64,000 nt of DNA, taken from Ascoidea asiatica JCM 7603 (lineage: Eukaryota; Fungi; Ascomycota). Below, in pieces: positions 11,028 through 20,635 of the stretch. Positions within the stretch are counted from its first letter, which is position 1. Every line of letters starts with the position of its first letter. The stretch spans positions 1,343,950 through 1,407,949 of the forward strand of contig BCKQ01000001.1 of assembly GCA_001600695.1 (NCBI GenBank), read 5' to 3'. The translations under genes and the position numbers were made by a program. The notes under the pieces were generated by a model. The model made no database searches. It saw nothing but the letters and a program-made list of their open reading frames with translations, and was not told the DNA's origin.

Positions 11028-14000
11028 ATGGGTAAAAAGGAAAACAAAAGAAAAGTTTCTGATATCCACATTGAGACTCAGACTACAGAAATTTTAAAGA
11101 AGCAACAAACAGAATCTTTATTACCTAAAAGTAAAAAATTAACCAAGAAATTAAGAAAACAGGTTAGAGAAGATATTAAAAAGCAAAAGATAAGCTCTAA
11201 AAAAAAAAAAAGATTTGCAAAATATGTGGAGCATCAATTACATAGAGAAGAATCTAAAAAAGTTTTAAGTAAATTGGTAGATCAACAAAATGAACTCCAA
11301 AAATTACAGGAACAGCATAAAAAATCAAATCAACTAGAGGAGACGCTACCCGAAAATATTGAAGAACCTAAAGAAAGTAGATCCAGACGTAGGCGATTGA
11401 AGAAGAAATCGTTAAATCTTGAAGAGGAACCAGGCAACGAATTTGAAGATAATTCTTCATTTATTGATTTTAGACCCCCCAAAGGTGGGTTTTCATTTCA
11501 GAATTTAGAAAAAGTGCAAAAAAGTTCAAAACCTAAAATCACATGGAGAGAACGTCTTGAGTCAGGAGGAATAAAATCGAAAAGTAATTCACTTTCCAAA
11601 GATATTTTATCTGGGCAAAATTTGAAGGGTAAAAGGCAAAAGAGTATAGAAGAAGAAGAAGAAGATATTGATGATGATACTTATAATGTTGACGATGACG
11701 ATGACGATAGTGATAGTGATAGTGATGATGAAGAAGATAGTGATTGTGATGAAATGCTGAATATTGACAGGAAAGATAAAAAACAACTAAAAGTAGATTT
11801 AAAGTTGGAATCAGAATCGGAATTGAGTTCAAGTAGTGATAATAGTGATAGTGAAAATGAGATGCAAGAAGATGATGATGAATCCAAAAAAAAAGAAATT
11901 TCAATCAATAAGAAAAAAACGCAGTTCAAAGAGTTTATTGAATCTGTTACAGGACCCAAAACTTCGAATATTGAACAATTACCTGCTGTAACGGCAGAAA
12001 AAGTTGAGAATTTGACTCACAACGATCCCAAGCTTGACTTCTCTGATGATGAAAAGGATATTAAACCCGAATCAGAACCTGAAACTGCTAAATTTCAAAA
12101 GAAAAAATTTATAACAGTGGAAAGAAATCCAGACATACAAGAAATAAGAGAGAGCTTACCAGTATATGAAATTGAAATGGAAATAATGGATAAAATCAAT
12201 AAAAGTGATTGTGTTGTACTTTCTGGCTCAACAGGTTCGGGTAAAACAACACAACTTCCTCAGTTTTTGTATGAAAGTGGTTATGGAATGAAAGCCATGA
12301 TAGGTATCACCCAGCCTAGGAGGGTTGCCACAATATCAATGTCTAATAGAGTTGCAGAGGAATTAGGGAAACAGCATGGAAAACATGTTGGTTACCAGAT
12401 AAGATTTGACTCGAAAGTTTCCAATTTGACAAAAATCAAATTTATGACAGATGGTGTTCTTTTAAGAGAAATGATGAAAGATTTTTTACTTACCAAATAT
12501 TCAGTCATAGTTATTGACGAAGCTCATGAAAGAAATATAAATACTGATATTTTAATTGGAATGCTTAGTAGGGTTATAAAGCTAAGAAGAAAAAAATATT
12601 TGTCTGATCCTGTCAACTTTTTTCCTTTGAAATTAATTATCATGTCAGCTACCCTTAGAGTTTCGGATTTTACTGAAAATAGAAAATTGTTCAAATTGCC
12701 TCCTCCAACTATAAACGTGGATTCCAGAACATTTCCTGTAGCCATTCATTTTAATAAAAGAACGGCATTCAACTATATTGATGAAACATTTAGAAAAGTA
12801 TGTAAAATTCATCGAAAACTTCCAAAGGGAGGAATTTTAGTTTTTATGACCGGACAGCAAGAAATAAGAGAATTGGTTAAAAGATTGAAAAAAGAATTCT
12901 CTGAAAAAAGTGAAAAAAAAAAATTAACAGCAAAACATACAGTAGAAGTTGAACCAGAGGTTCGAGTAAGTGCAAAATATGCTGACACTGAAATCGAAGA
13001 AGTTGATTTTGGGGTTTCAAATAATTATCTTAAAGTTTTAGAAATTGAAACAGGTGATGACTATAATGAATCCGACTCTGAAAGCGAAGAAGAGGGGTTT
13101 GAAGAAACGTTGGATGATGATCAGACCAATAACGATCCCCTTTGTGTCCTACCTTTATATTCACTTCTTCCTGCCTCAGAACAAATGAAAGTATTTCAAG
13201 CTCCTCCGGATGGTACGAGATTATGTATAGTCGCTACAAATATTGCAGAAACTTCGATTACAATTCCTAATATAAAATATGTTGTAGATTGTGGGAGAGA
13301 AAAACAGCTTAATTATAATGAAGAAACTGATGTTATTAGTTATGATGTTGGTTTCATAAGTAAAGCCAGTTGCGAACAAAGATCTGGAAGAGCAGGTCGT
13401 ACAGGTCCTGGTCATTGCTATAGATTATATTCTTCAGCTTTATATGAAAATGAATTTGAGAAATTTTCAAAGCCTGAAATCTTGCGAATTCCAGTTGTGA
13501 GTACAATTCTTCAAATGAAAAGTATGGGAATTGATAATATTTTGAATTTTCCTTTTCCCACACCAATTTCTCATACTTCTCTATTCAAGGCGGAAAACTT
13601 GCTAAAATATCTTGGTGCAATTGATAAAAAAAATGGCATGATAACAAGTCTAGGAAAGCAAATAAGTTTATTTCCACTTAGTCCACGTTTTGCAAAGATG
13701 CTTATCTTGTCTAATCAATTAAACTGCATGCCTTATATTGTTGCAATTGCTAGTGGTTTAACAACAGGAAACCCTTTTTTGAGCGAAGTTGAGTTGGGAA
13801 TTCATCAAGAAAGAGAGGAAAAGACTGATGATACAACAAATAGAGATGACTATGACGAAGACACAAAAAGAAAACCTCAAAGTATAGATAACAATTCATT
13901 TAATCAGGGAAACATAAATAAAATTAGATCTGAATATCATAAATCCATGAGAATATTTTCTAAATGGGACAAAAACTCCGATGTTTTCAAGCTTCTTTCC

Positions 14001-14756
14001 GCAATTTGTGCAAGTGATCATATTCAAAAATCAAAAAAATCTGGCTTTTACAAAAAGCATTTTTTAAGGGAAAAAACTATGGAAGAAATAGCAAAATTAA
14101 GATCGCAATTGCTCTATATTGTCAAATCTTTAACTTTAAAAGAAGATATAGCTGTTCGCGTGGATTTATCACCAGACTCCAAGGAATTAAAATTGCCCCC
14201 TCCTTCTGAAAAACAAATAATGGCTATGAAGCAAATGATAACCTCTGGTTTTGTTGACCAAATAAGTGTTAGAGCTGACTTGGTTTCTACTGAAGTTAAA
14301 TTCAGTAATAAAACAAATATCATGAATATTCCCTATAAGACTTTGTTTTCTACCAAATTTGACGAAGATGATAATCCATATGTTTATATCCATCCCTCAA
14401 GTATTATAATGAATTGTGGGCGGATGCCTCCCTCATATATTGTTTATCAGTCAATTAATTTGTCTTCATCATCTTCGGAGAATGAAATGTCACAAAGAAA
14501 AAAAAGATTACGAGCTTTGTGTGATATATCTCCTAAGGCTCTAACCAATATTGCAAAAAGTAGTAGTTTAATTACTTACTCAAAACCTTTAGGTCCACCT
14601 TATGAGCCAAAATTATTAGATGGTAACGTAAATAAGCGAACTTGTTATGTTATACCAAGATTTGGTGCCGATATTGGAAGTGGTGGAGTTGGCTGGGATC
14701 TCCCCGTTATAAAAGTAATTCAAGAACGAATCAATGGTCAATGGGCAATAGTCTAG
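11028..14756 (+). CDS. ECM16: DEAH-box RNA helicase Dhr1 (U3 snoRNP), 1242 aa
   Basis: GSTGSGKTTQ, TQPRRVA, DEAH, MSAT and QRSGRAGRTGPGHCYRLY motifs; Dhr1-type C-terminus YSKPLGPP and GWDLP. Confidence 0.93.
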   Translation: MGKKENKRKVSDIHIETQTTEILKKQQTESLLPKSKKLTKKLRKQVREDIKKQKISSKKKKRFAKYVEHQLHREESKKVLSKLVDQQNELQKLQEQHKKSNQLEETLPENIEEPKESRSRRRRLKKKSLNLEEEPGNEFEDNSSFIDFRPPKGGFSFQNLEKVQKSSKPKITWRERLESGGIKSKSNSLSKDILSGQNLKGKRQKSIEEEEEDIDDDTYNVDDDDDDSDSDSDDEEDSDCDEMLNIDRKDKKQLKVDLKLESESELSSSSDNSDSENEMQEDDDESKKKEISINKKKTQFKEFIESVTGPKTSNIEQLPAVTAEKVENLTHNDPKLDFSDDEKDIKPESEPETAKFQKKKFITVERNPDIQEIRESLPVYEIEMEIMDKINKSDCVVLSGSTGSGKTTQLPQFLYESGYGMKAMIGITQPRRVATISMSNRVAEELGKQHGKHVGYQIRFDSKVSNLTKIKFMTDGVLLREMMKDFLLTKYSVIVIDEAHERNINTDILIGMLSRVIKLRRKKYLSDPVNFFPLKLIIMSATLRVSDFTENRKLFKLPPPTINVDSRTFPVAIHFNKRTAFNYIDETFRKVCKIHRKLPKGGILVFMTGQQEIRELVKRLKKEFSEKSEKKKLTAKHTVEVEPEVRVSAKYADTEIEEVDFGVSNNYLKVLEIETGDDYNESDSESEEEGFEETLDDDQTNNDPLCVLPLYSLLPASEQMKVFQAPPDGTRLCIVATNIAETSITIPNIKYVVDCGREKQLNYNEETDVISYDVGFISKASCEQRSGRAGRTGPGHCYRLYSSALYENEFEKFSKPEILRIPVVSTILQMKSMGIDNILNFPFPTPISHTSLFKAENLLKYLGAIDKKNGMITSLGKQISLFPLSPRFAKMLILSNQLNCMPYIVAIASGLTTGNPFLSEVELGIHQEREEKTDDTTNRDDYDEDTKRKPQSIDNNSFNQGNINKIRSEYHKSMRIFSKWDKNSDVFKLLSAICASDHIQKSKKSGFYKKHFLREKTMEEIAKLRSQLLYIVKSLTLKEDIAVRVDLSPDSKELKLPPPSEKQIMAMKQMITSGFVDQISVRADLVSTEVKFSNKTNIMNIPYKTLFSTKFDEDDNPYVYIHPSSIIMNCGRMPPSYIVYQSINLSSSSSENEMSQRKKRLRALCDISPKALTNIAKSSSLITYSKPLGPPYEPKLLDGNVNKRTCYVIPRFGADIGSGGVGWDLPVIKVIQERINGQWAIV

Positions 14757-15009
14757 ACCTCAAAAGCGAATTTTTCCTCTCTGCATTCACATTTTTTTCT
14801 ATTGCATGAAAACAAAATTTATTCTCAAATCAATATGAGCTCATTGTATTTTTAAATTCGAAATTTTTTGCAAATTTATAACCTAATAAATAATTTTCAG
14901 CTCAGAAAGCTAAATATGCTTTTGTAAAAACTGCTCAAACGTTAAAGCGAAGTTCTAAAATTTACTAGCCTAATGAAAATAGCATGCAAAACCTTAAAAA
15001 ACCTTAAAT

Positions 15010-15037
15010 CAGGGCTAGGCTTTTATAAAAGCCCTAT
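15010..15037. promoter_or_regulatory. Inverted Tbf1-like pair (CAGGGCTA...AAGCCCTA) upstream of RPL42
   Basis: AGGGCT at 15011-15016 and AGCCCT at 15030-15035, about 290 bp upstream of the ATG; resembles the paired TTAGGGCTA element of Candida ribosomal-protein promoters. Confidence 0.5.
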
Positions 15038-15316
15038 ATACTTTCACGTTACTTATGACTTAAGTTCATAACCATTTTCAGATTTGTGAGCCCGTGTGCA
15101 TTCTGAAATTCAAAATTTTATAAGATTAAGAACTCGGATGGAAAAATATCCGTGAATATTCCGCATAACGGCTGCCCTGTATATTATTTGCTGGTTCAGT
15201 CGTAACAATTACTTTCCAATAAGAGAATTTGGAGAAGCAAAATAAGAATAAATTAAATATTAATAATATTGAAATTTTCAGTAACATTCAATAAATTAAG
15301 GCAAAATATAATAAAG

Positions 15317-16157
15317 ATGGGTATGTTAAATCTCAATAAGTAGATTAAATCAAAATAGCAAAATTATAAAAGGTTGAACTCTTAATAAATACATAGGTCA
15401 GAAACCAGATTTTTAAAACATAGAAATTGTTTTCAAAAAACCATAGTTCATAAATTCCAAAAAGTTCCAGAAAGTTATCTTAAATGATTTGTCAAAGCTT
15501 AGAATTTTGAATTAAATATCAATAACCATGAAACTAGATAATATCCTTTATCAAAGAATGTTTGTATAGTTGGATTTATAATTTAAACTTAACTCAAATG
15601 AAATATTCTAATTATGAATTCCTCAATAACAGTCAGCAAAACCCAGATATGGAGTTCTGCAAATTTTCCAATATTAACCTTAACGAAGTTCTGACAAAAA
15701 GTTTCAATTAAAGTGATTGTAAATTTTTTAAGTAATTGTATATGCTTTATAAAATTAAAATCCAGCTATTTTCCATTTTTTTTTACTTCTTCTCTTATTT
15801 CTGGGATCTTTCGAATTACTAATATTTTCTTTTATTTCAGTTAACGTTCCAAAAACAAGAAAAACCTATTGTAAAGGTAAAAATTGCAAAAAACACACCC
15901 AGCATAAAGTTACTCAATATAAAGCTGGTAAAGCCTCATTATTTGCTCAAGGTAAACGTCGTTATGACCGTAAACAATCTGGTTTCGGTGGTCAAACTAA
16001 ACCTGTTTTCCACAAAAAAGCTAAAACAACAAAAAAAATTGTTTTACGTTTAGAATGTGTTGTTTGCAAAACCAAAGCTCAACTTGCTATTAAACGTTGT
16101 AAACATTTCGAATTAGGTGGTGATAAAAAACAAAAGGGTCAAGCTTTACAATTTTAG
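15317..16157 (+). CDS. RPL42: 60S ribosomal protein eL42; 2 exons (15317-15320, 15841-16157), 106 aa
   Basis: Spliced product [63 protein letters not shown]...KQKGQALQF. Absent from the ORF track. Confidence 0.97.
15321..15840 (+). other. Spliceosomal intron of RPL42 (520 nt)
   Basis: ATGG|GTATGT donor, TACTAAT branch at 15817-15823, CAG acceptor at 15838-15840. Confidence 0.93.
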
Positions 16158-16345
16158 ATGTAATTGTATCTAATTTATCAAGTCTAAAGGTGTTATACTT
16201 AAATTGTAATGTTATATCTATGTTTTAATACTTAATTGATCATAATCTGTAGAATTTTTGCTTAAAAAAATTAAAAAACTAACTATTTATTGGGTTTGGT
16301 TAAACAAAAAATTATTTGAAATGTTATTTATTATTGTAATGCAAC

Positions 16346-17677
16346 TTATATTACAGCTAAAGTGTAAGTTAAAATGCAGGAACAAAAAGTTGTAATCAAG
16401 ATGAAATATATTGAATTGTATTGTCTTTCGATTACTCTTAATGATCCATTTTGACTTGAAGTCTGTCCTAGAGTGTCAATATTTGCAATAAATTCAGTTC
16501 TAATAATATCTGCATATTTTGTAAATGGCGACTCTGAAGTTGATTTTTCTGAGTCTATATTAGATGCGTTGAAACTATGGTGAGTTACTTCCCTATCTTT
16601 TCCATCCAAAATATCTTTAATAATACTTGCATATGAGGAATTTTGAATATCTTTATTTTTGAAACTATCAGTAGCTTCCCAAAGCATTATTCCGCCAAAA
16701 TTATTTGAATTACGTGCAATTGTTATTTTTTCCTCTAGGATCTCTAAATCTGAAATATATCCTGAACGAGCTGAATCTTTAGAAGCAGGTAGACCAACAA
16801 ATAATTTGATATCTTTATTAGGCGAAACTTCTTCAGCATAATTTACCCATGTATCCCAATTAAACTTTTCTCCATCTGCATTACAATTCTCTTCATTATT
16901 ATAAAATTGAATAAACAGATAATCTAACTCGGCTTGTTCTAACAACTCTGAAAGTCCATCATTAGGATAAGGACATTGAGGAGCTGCGGTTAAATAAAAT
17001 TCTTTGTCACTTTTAGCAAATTTTTTTCTCAAGTCTTTGGCCAATCTTGCATATCCAGTTGGATCATCACTTTCAATATCAAAATCGAATCCATTAAGAG
17101 TTGCATTTCCAAATGGCCTATCAAGAAAATCAGGGTTTTCTTCTACAGGGCCAAACATTTTCCACAAGGTGTCTGCAAATTTTGTTGCTTCTTTGTCATT
17201 TTTGAATCCATAATCTCCCGACTCTCCACCAAGGGATAAAAGGACAGGCTTTTTATAGACATCTTGGCAAATTTGAATATCATTTGCTATGTTTTTTTTG
17301 AGAACTTCTGAATCCTTATATTTTGAAGAAAATTCGGAAGAAGATATTAAAATTTTTGGAACTAAATCAATATTAGGAAAACATTTCATGAATGCCAATA
17401 AAACAATATCAACTTCATCTCTTGAACAAAATTTTGCTAATGATTGATCGAATTCATCACTTTTACTTTTTTTTTGATAAGCGCTTGAATGCTGACCCCA
17501 ATAAACAGCTACTTTATTTGTAATATCGTTTCTAGATGAATTATCTTTATCGTTACTTCGCTTGAAAACCATATGTTCATTATTTGATGGTGGTATACCA
17601 GATATACTGCAATAGCCAAAGTAGCTTAAAAGCCCGAATATCAAAATTGCTTTAAAAAAAAAATTATACCCCAGCAT
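16346..17677 (-). CDS. GH18 class III (Cts1/Cht-like) chitinase, secreted and probably GPI- or membrane-anchored; 443 aa
   Basis: Signal peptide; VAVYWGQ; LLSLGG; NGFDFDIE (catalytic DxDxE intact); TAAPQCPYP; FIQFYNN; FGGIMLW; hydrophobic C-terminus; no CBM19. Confidence 0.9.
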   Translation of the reverse strand: MLGYNFFFKAILIFGLLSYFGYCSISGIPPSNNEHMVFKRSNDKDNSSRNDITNKVAVYWGQHSSAYQKKSKSDEFDQSLAKFCSRDEVDIVLLAFMKCFPNIDLVPKILISSSEFSSKYKDSEVLKKNIANDIQICQDVYKKPVLLSLGGESGDYGFKNDKEATKFADTLWKMFGPVEENPDFLDRPFGNATLNGFDFDIESDDPTGYARLAKDLRKKFAKSDKEFYLTAAPQCPYPNDGLSELLEQAELDYLFIQFYNNEENCNADGEKFNWDTWVNYAEEVSPNKDIKLFVGLPASKDSARSGYISDLEILEEKITIARNSNNFGGIMLWEATDSFKNKDIQNSSYASIIKDILDGKDREVTHHSFNASNIDSEKSTSESPFTKYADIIRTEFIANIDTLGQTSSQNGSLRVIERQYNSIYFILITTFCSCILTYTLAVI

Positions 17678-18196
17678 CTTTTAAAAATTAATTTCAAACA
17701 ACTGATATTTTTATGGTGAAGAAAAAAATAAAATAATTTATAAATTTTTTAGTGACTAGGTTTTATATATAAAACGATTTTCAATATAGACATATTATAA
17801 TTATGATAACTAAAATTGAGTCACTTTACTTCTAACTATATTGCTATCAATTATTCCATTTTAAAACTGTCTATTTTCATTGATTATACTTTTATTTATT
17901 CTATTTTAATTCTATTTCAAATCGTGGTTGGATTTTTCTGAAAAAAAAAATACCCCAGTTAAATATTTTAAAATGCTTCATTTGTTTATATATTTACAGT
18001 TTTATTAGAAATAATGTTCGATTGCTTATATTGCAAACAAAAGTCAAAGTCGAACAATACAAATAACATTTATTAAGGTTTGCCTTGTTTTAATAGCAAG
18101 GTTTAGGAATACATTGGCATACATTAAAAATTGATCCTAGCTTTGAGCCTGTGATTTCTGTATACTATATAGGCTAATTTTATTTTCATAATGCAA

Positions 18197-18269
18197 GGTC
18201 CGTTGGTCAAGTGGTTACGACGCTTCGTTTACACCGAAGAGATCGCGAGTTCGAACCTCGCATGGATCA
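18197..18269 (+). tRNA. tRNA-Val, anticodon TAC, intronless
   Basis: Acceptor GGTCCGT/ATGGATC-A; anticodon stem CTTCG/CGAAG with loop TTTACAC; T-arm GCGAG-TTCGAAC-CTCGC; downstream T-run terminator. Confidence 0.96.
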
Positions 18270-18504
18270 TTTTCTTTTTTTAAAGATGTCTGGATTTTTT
18301 TATAGAAGAAATATATTTAAAATCTCAGAATTCTTTACAGTTCAATAAAAAGAATTAATCATCATTAAAGATGATTTCTAATTGAAAAATGATTAAGCAA
18401 AGTCAAAGAAAACCTTTCAATTAGAAAATTTTAAGTTTTATAAAATAAATAGCAGACTGACTATATTACCATAGCTAGTTAAAAAGAGCTATCAATAAGG
18501 GAAT

Positions 18505-19155
18505 TTATATACAATAATAACGATCGCCAAAATCTCCAACACCAGGAATAATATATTTATCATCATTCAAAGCAGTATCTATGGCACCTGTTATTACTTT
18601 TATTTGTGGGAACTTTTCAGTATAAGCTTTAATTCCTTCTGGGGCAGCAACTAAATTTAAAAAATATATTCTTTCTGGTTTAACTCCTTTTTCTAAAAGA
18701 ACTTGAGTAGCCATAATAGCAGAACCACCTGTTGCTAACATTGGATCTAAAAGAAAAATATGTCTTTCAGATATGTCAGAAGGTAATTTTTGATAGAATA
18801 ATTTTGGTAAAGCTGTTTCCTCATCTCTTTGAATCAATATTTTTCCAATTCTAACACTTCTACAGCAATCTCTTAAACCCTTTTCCATTGATTCACCTGC
18901 CCTGACGATTGAGACACCAGCAATCTTGCCTGCCCATTTAACACCGGTAAAAATTTCATTAGTGGGAGTTCTAATATTTGTTTTTTCAACCGGTAAATGA
19001 TTCAAGCCTTCTTCAACCAAAAGACGAATAATTCTATCGGAATAAAATACAAAATCTGATCTATTTGTGTCTTCATTTCGAATAATAGAATATAAACCTA
19101 ACAATTGGTTAGATTGAGGTAATAGTGTTACTTGTTCTGGAATTTCGTAGGCCAT
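18505..19155 (-). CDS. FUR1: Uracil phosphoribosyltransferase, 216 aa
   Basis: VSIVRAGESM, LLDPMLATGGS and PGVGDFGDRYY motifs. Confidence 0.97.
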   Translation of the reverse strand: MAYEIPEQVTLLPQSNQLLGLYSIIRNEDTNRSDFVFYSDRIIRLLVEEGLNHLPVEKTNIRTPTNEIFTGVKWAGKIAGVSIVRAGESMEKGLRDCCRSVRIGKILIQRDEETALPKLFYQKLPSDISERHIFLLDPMLATGGSAIMATQVLLEKGVKPERIYFLNLVAAPEGIKAYTEKFPQIKVITGAIDTALNDDKYIIPGVGDFGDRYYCI

Positions 19156-20635
19156 TTTGATTCAATTTTTACTTTAAAAAGGGTGTGAATGTTAAAACTA
19201 ATACTCACAAAATGATCCCTTAAATTTATTTTCAAGTGTTTTTGGAACAATTTTCAAAAAACGACTTGGAACAACATTTATTGTGGGTTCAACACTGAGG
19301 ACATGTCTTGTGCTTTAAATTCGAAACCATATTTATGGTAATTCTTAGCCTTATCTAACTGCGAAACAGTTTGAGATATCAACTTTCAACAGTTGATTTC
19401 TAACAGTTAGCCGCGGCTTTCTTTTGTTAATTAAATTTAGGGAAAAAGTTATTTAGGGCTTCCGCTGACAAATAGCACGTGCTTTATGTGAGTATTTTAT
19501 CCCACATATCTGAATCAACAGAGATTATCACGCACATTTTCACGCACAAAGGGTAAGCTGATAACAAATCAAAAATGCAACCACCCCTCTCGCCACACGC
19601 TTAAAGCAACCAGCTAGAACGTCAGTGGGGTTTCCCCCAGAAATATTTTTGCTAGAATAATGTTCCACTTCTTTAAACAAAAGTAATAATAAAAAGTGCG
19701 CAAAAAAGAATATTGCGCTGCTTAAAAGCTACAAAGCAAAAGACTTGCTCTTTAACGCTTCTTTATTAATGTTACAAAATAGTGCTAGAAACATAATGTG
19801 TTTGAAAATGCATAAAAAAACCAAATATATTTTGTATGTTTAGTACTAGTCAGGTGTTATGTTGAAAAAAAGAGGTACTAATAAGTAAAATACGTGGTGT
19901 GAGATACTATCTGAATAACCAATTATGCAGCAATATCCAAATGTAACCCTGACTCACGGAGCCGCACTTCCTAAAACAAACCGAATTAAGCTGAAGGTTA
20001 AATAAAAGCAGCCGAAATGGTATTTTTCCCCGTGATCACGGAGAAGAGAACGTGATAGTTTTTGGTTGCTCCTTGAGACCAGAAAGAAAGCAAAGAAAAT
20101 TTTCAACTGTTGTTCTTCACGCAACTTTTTCAGATAAATAAAAAAAAAACAAGTATTGTGCGGTTCCGCCTCCTAACTTCTGGTTTTCTTAACACTTTGT
20201 AAAGTCAAGCAAATTTGTAAGTATATTTTATGGCCTCCTTAAAATCAAAGATATTTAGCCCATTTCAAAAGTATTTTTTATCAAAAAAAAAATGAAATCC
20301 ATCTATTAGATTAATCAAAGAATAATTATATTAACATTTTATTTTAGAATAGCTATTTAATTTGGTGCTTTTTCGTCTTTTCCATGCTCAAAAACTCCAA
20401 GATTTGGTGGTTTTAACTAGGTGGCAAATTTTACTGCATACATTTTTCGTTAGAACACCGTGGTGAATTCCATCAGTTTTTCTAACATTTTTGCGCGCAT
20501 TTTCTACAATTTTATATTTTGCGTTCACAGTACCATATACTTGGATTCAATCAATTTTTCAAAATAATATTCACAATCGAAAAAGATAAGATAAGATAAG
20601 ATAACAAAATAAGAGAGAGAGGAAAAAAACTTATA

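Noticed and set aside
11539-11959. Antisense ORFs inside ECM16 (also those inside JIP5, PAF1, MON1, CYK3, MRL1 and the last gene)
   Set aside because: Shadows of acidic or poly-N coding repeats, mostly with non-ATG starts.
15321-15840. Intronic snoRNA in RPL42
   Set aside because: No well-formed C/D box pair with terminal stem, and no H/ACA structure recognised.
1689-19155. URA2 and FUR1 as a pyrimidine gene cluster
   Set aside because: They are 11 kb apart with unrelated genes between. No CGG-N6-CCG Ppr1-type site was seen; only an everted CCGTGATCACGG at 20030-20041.
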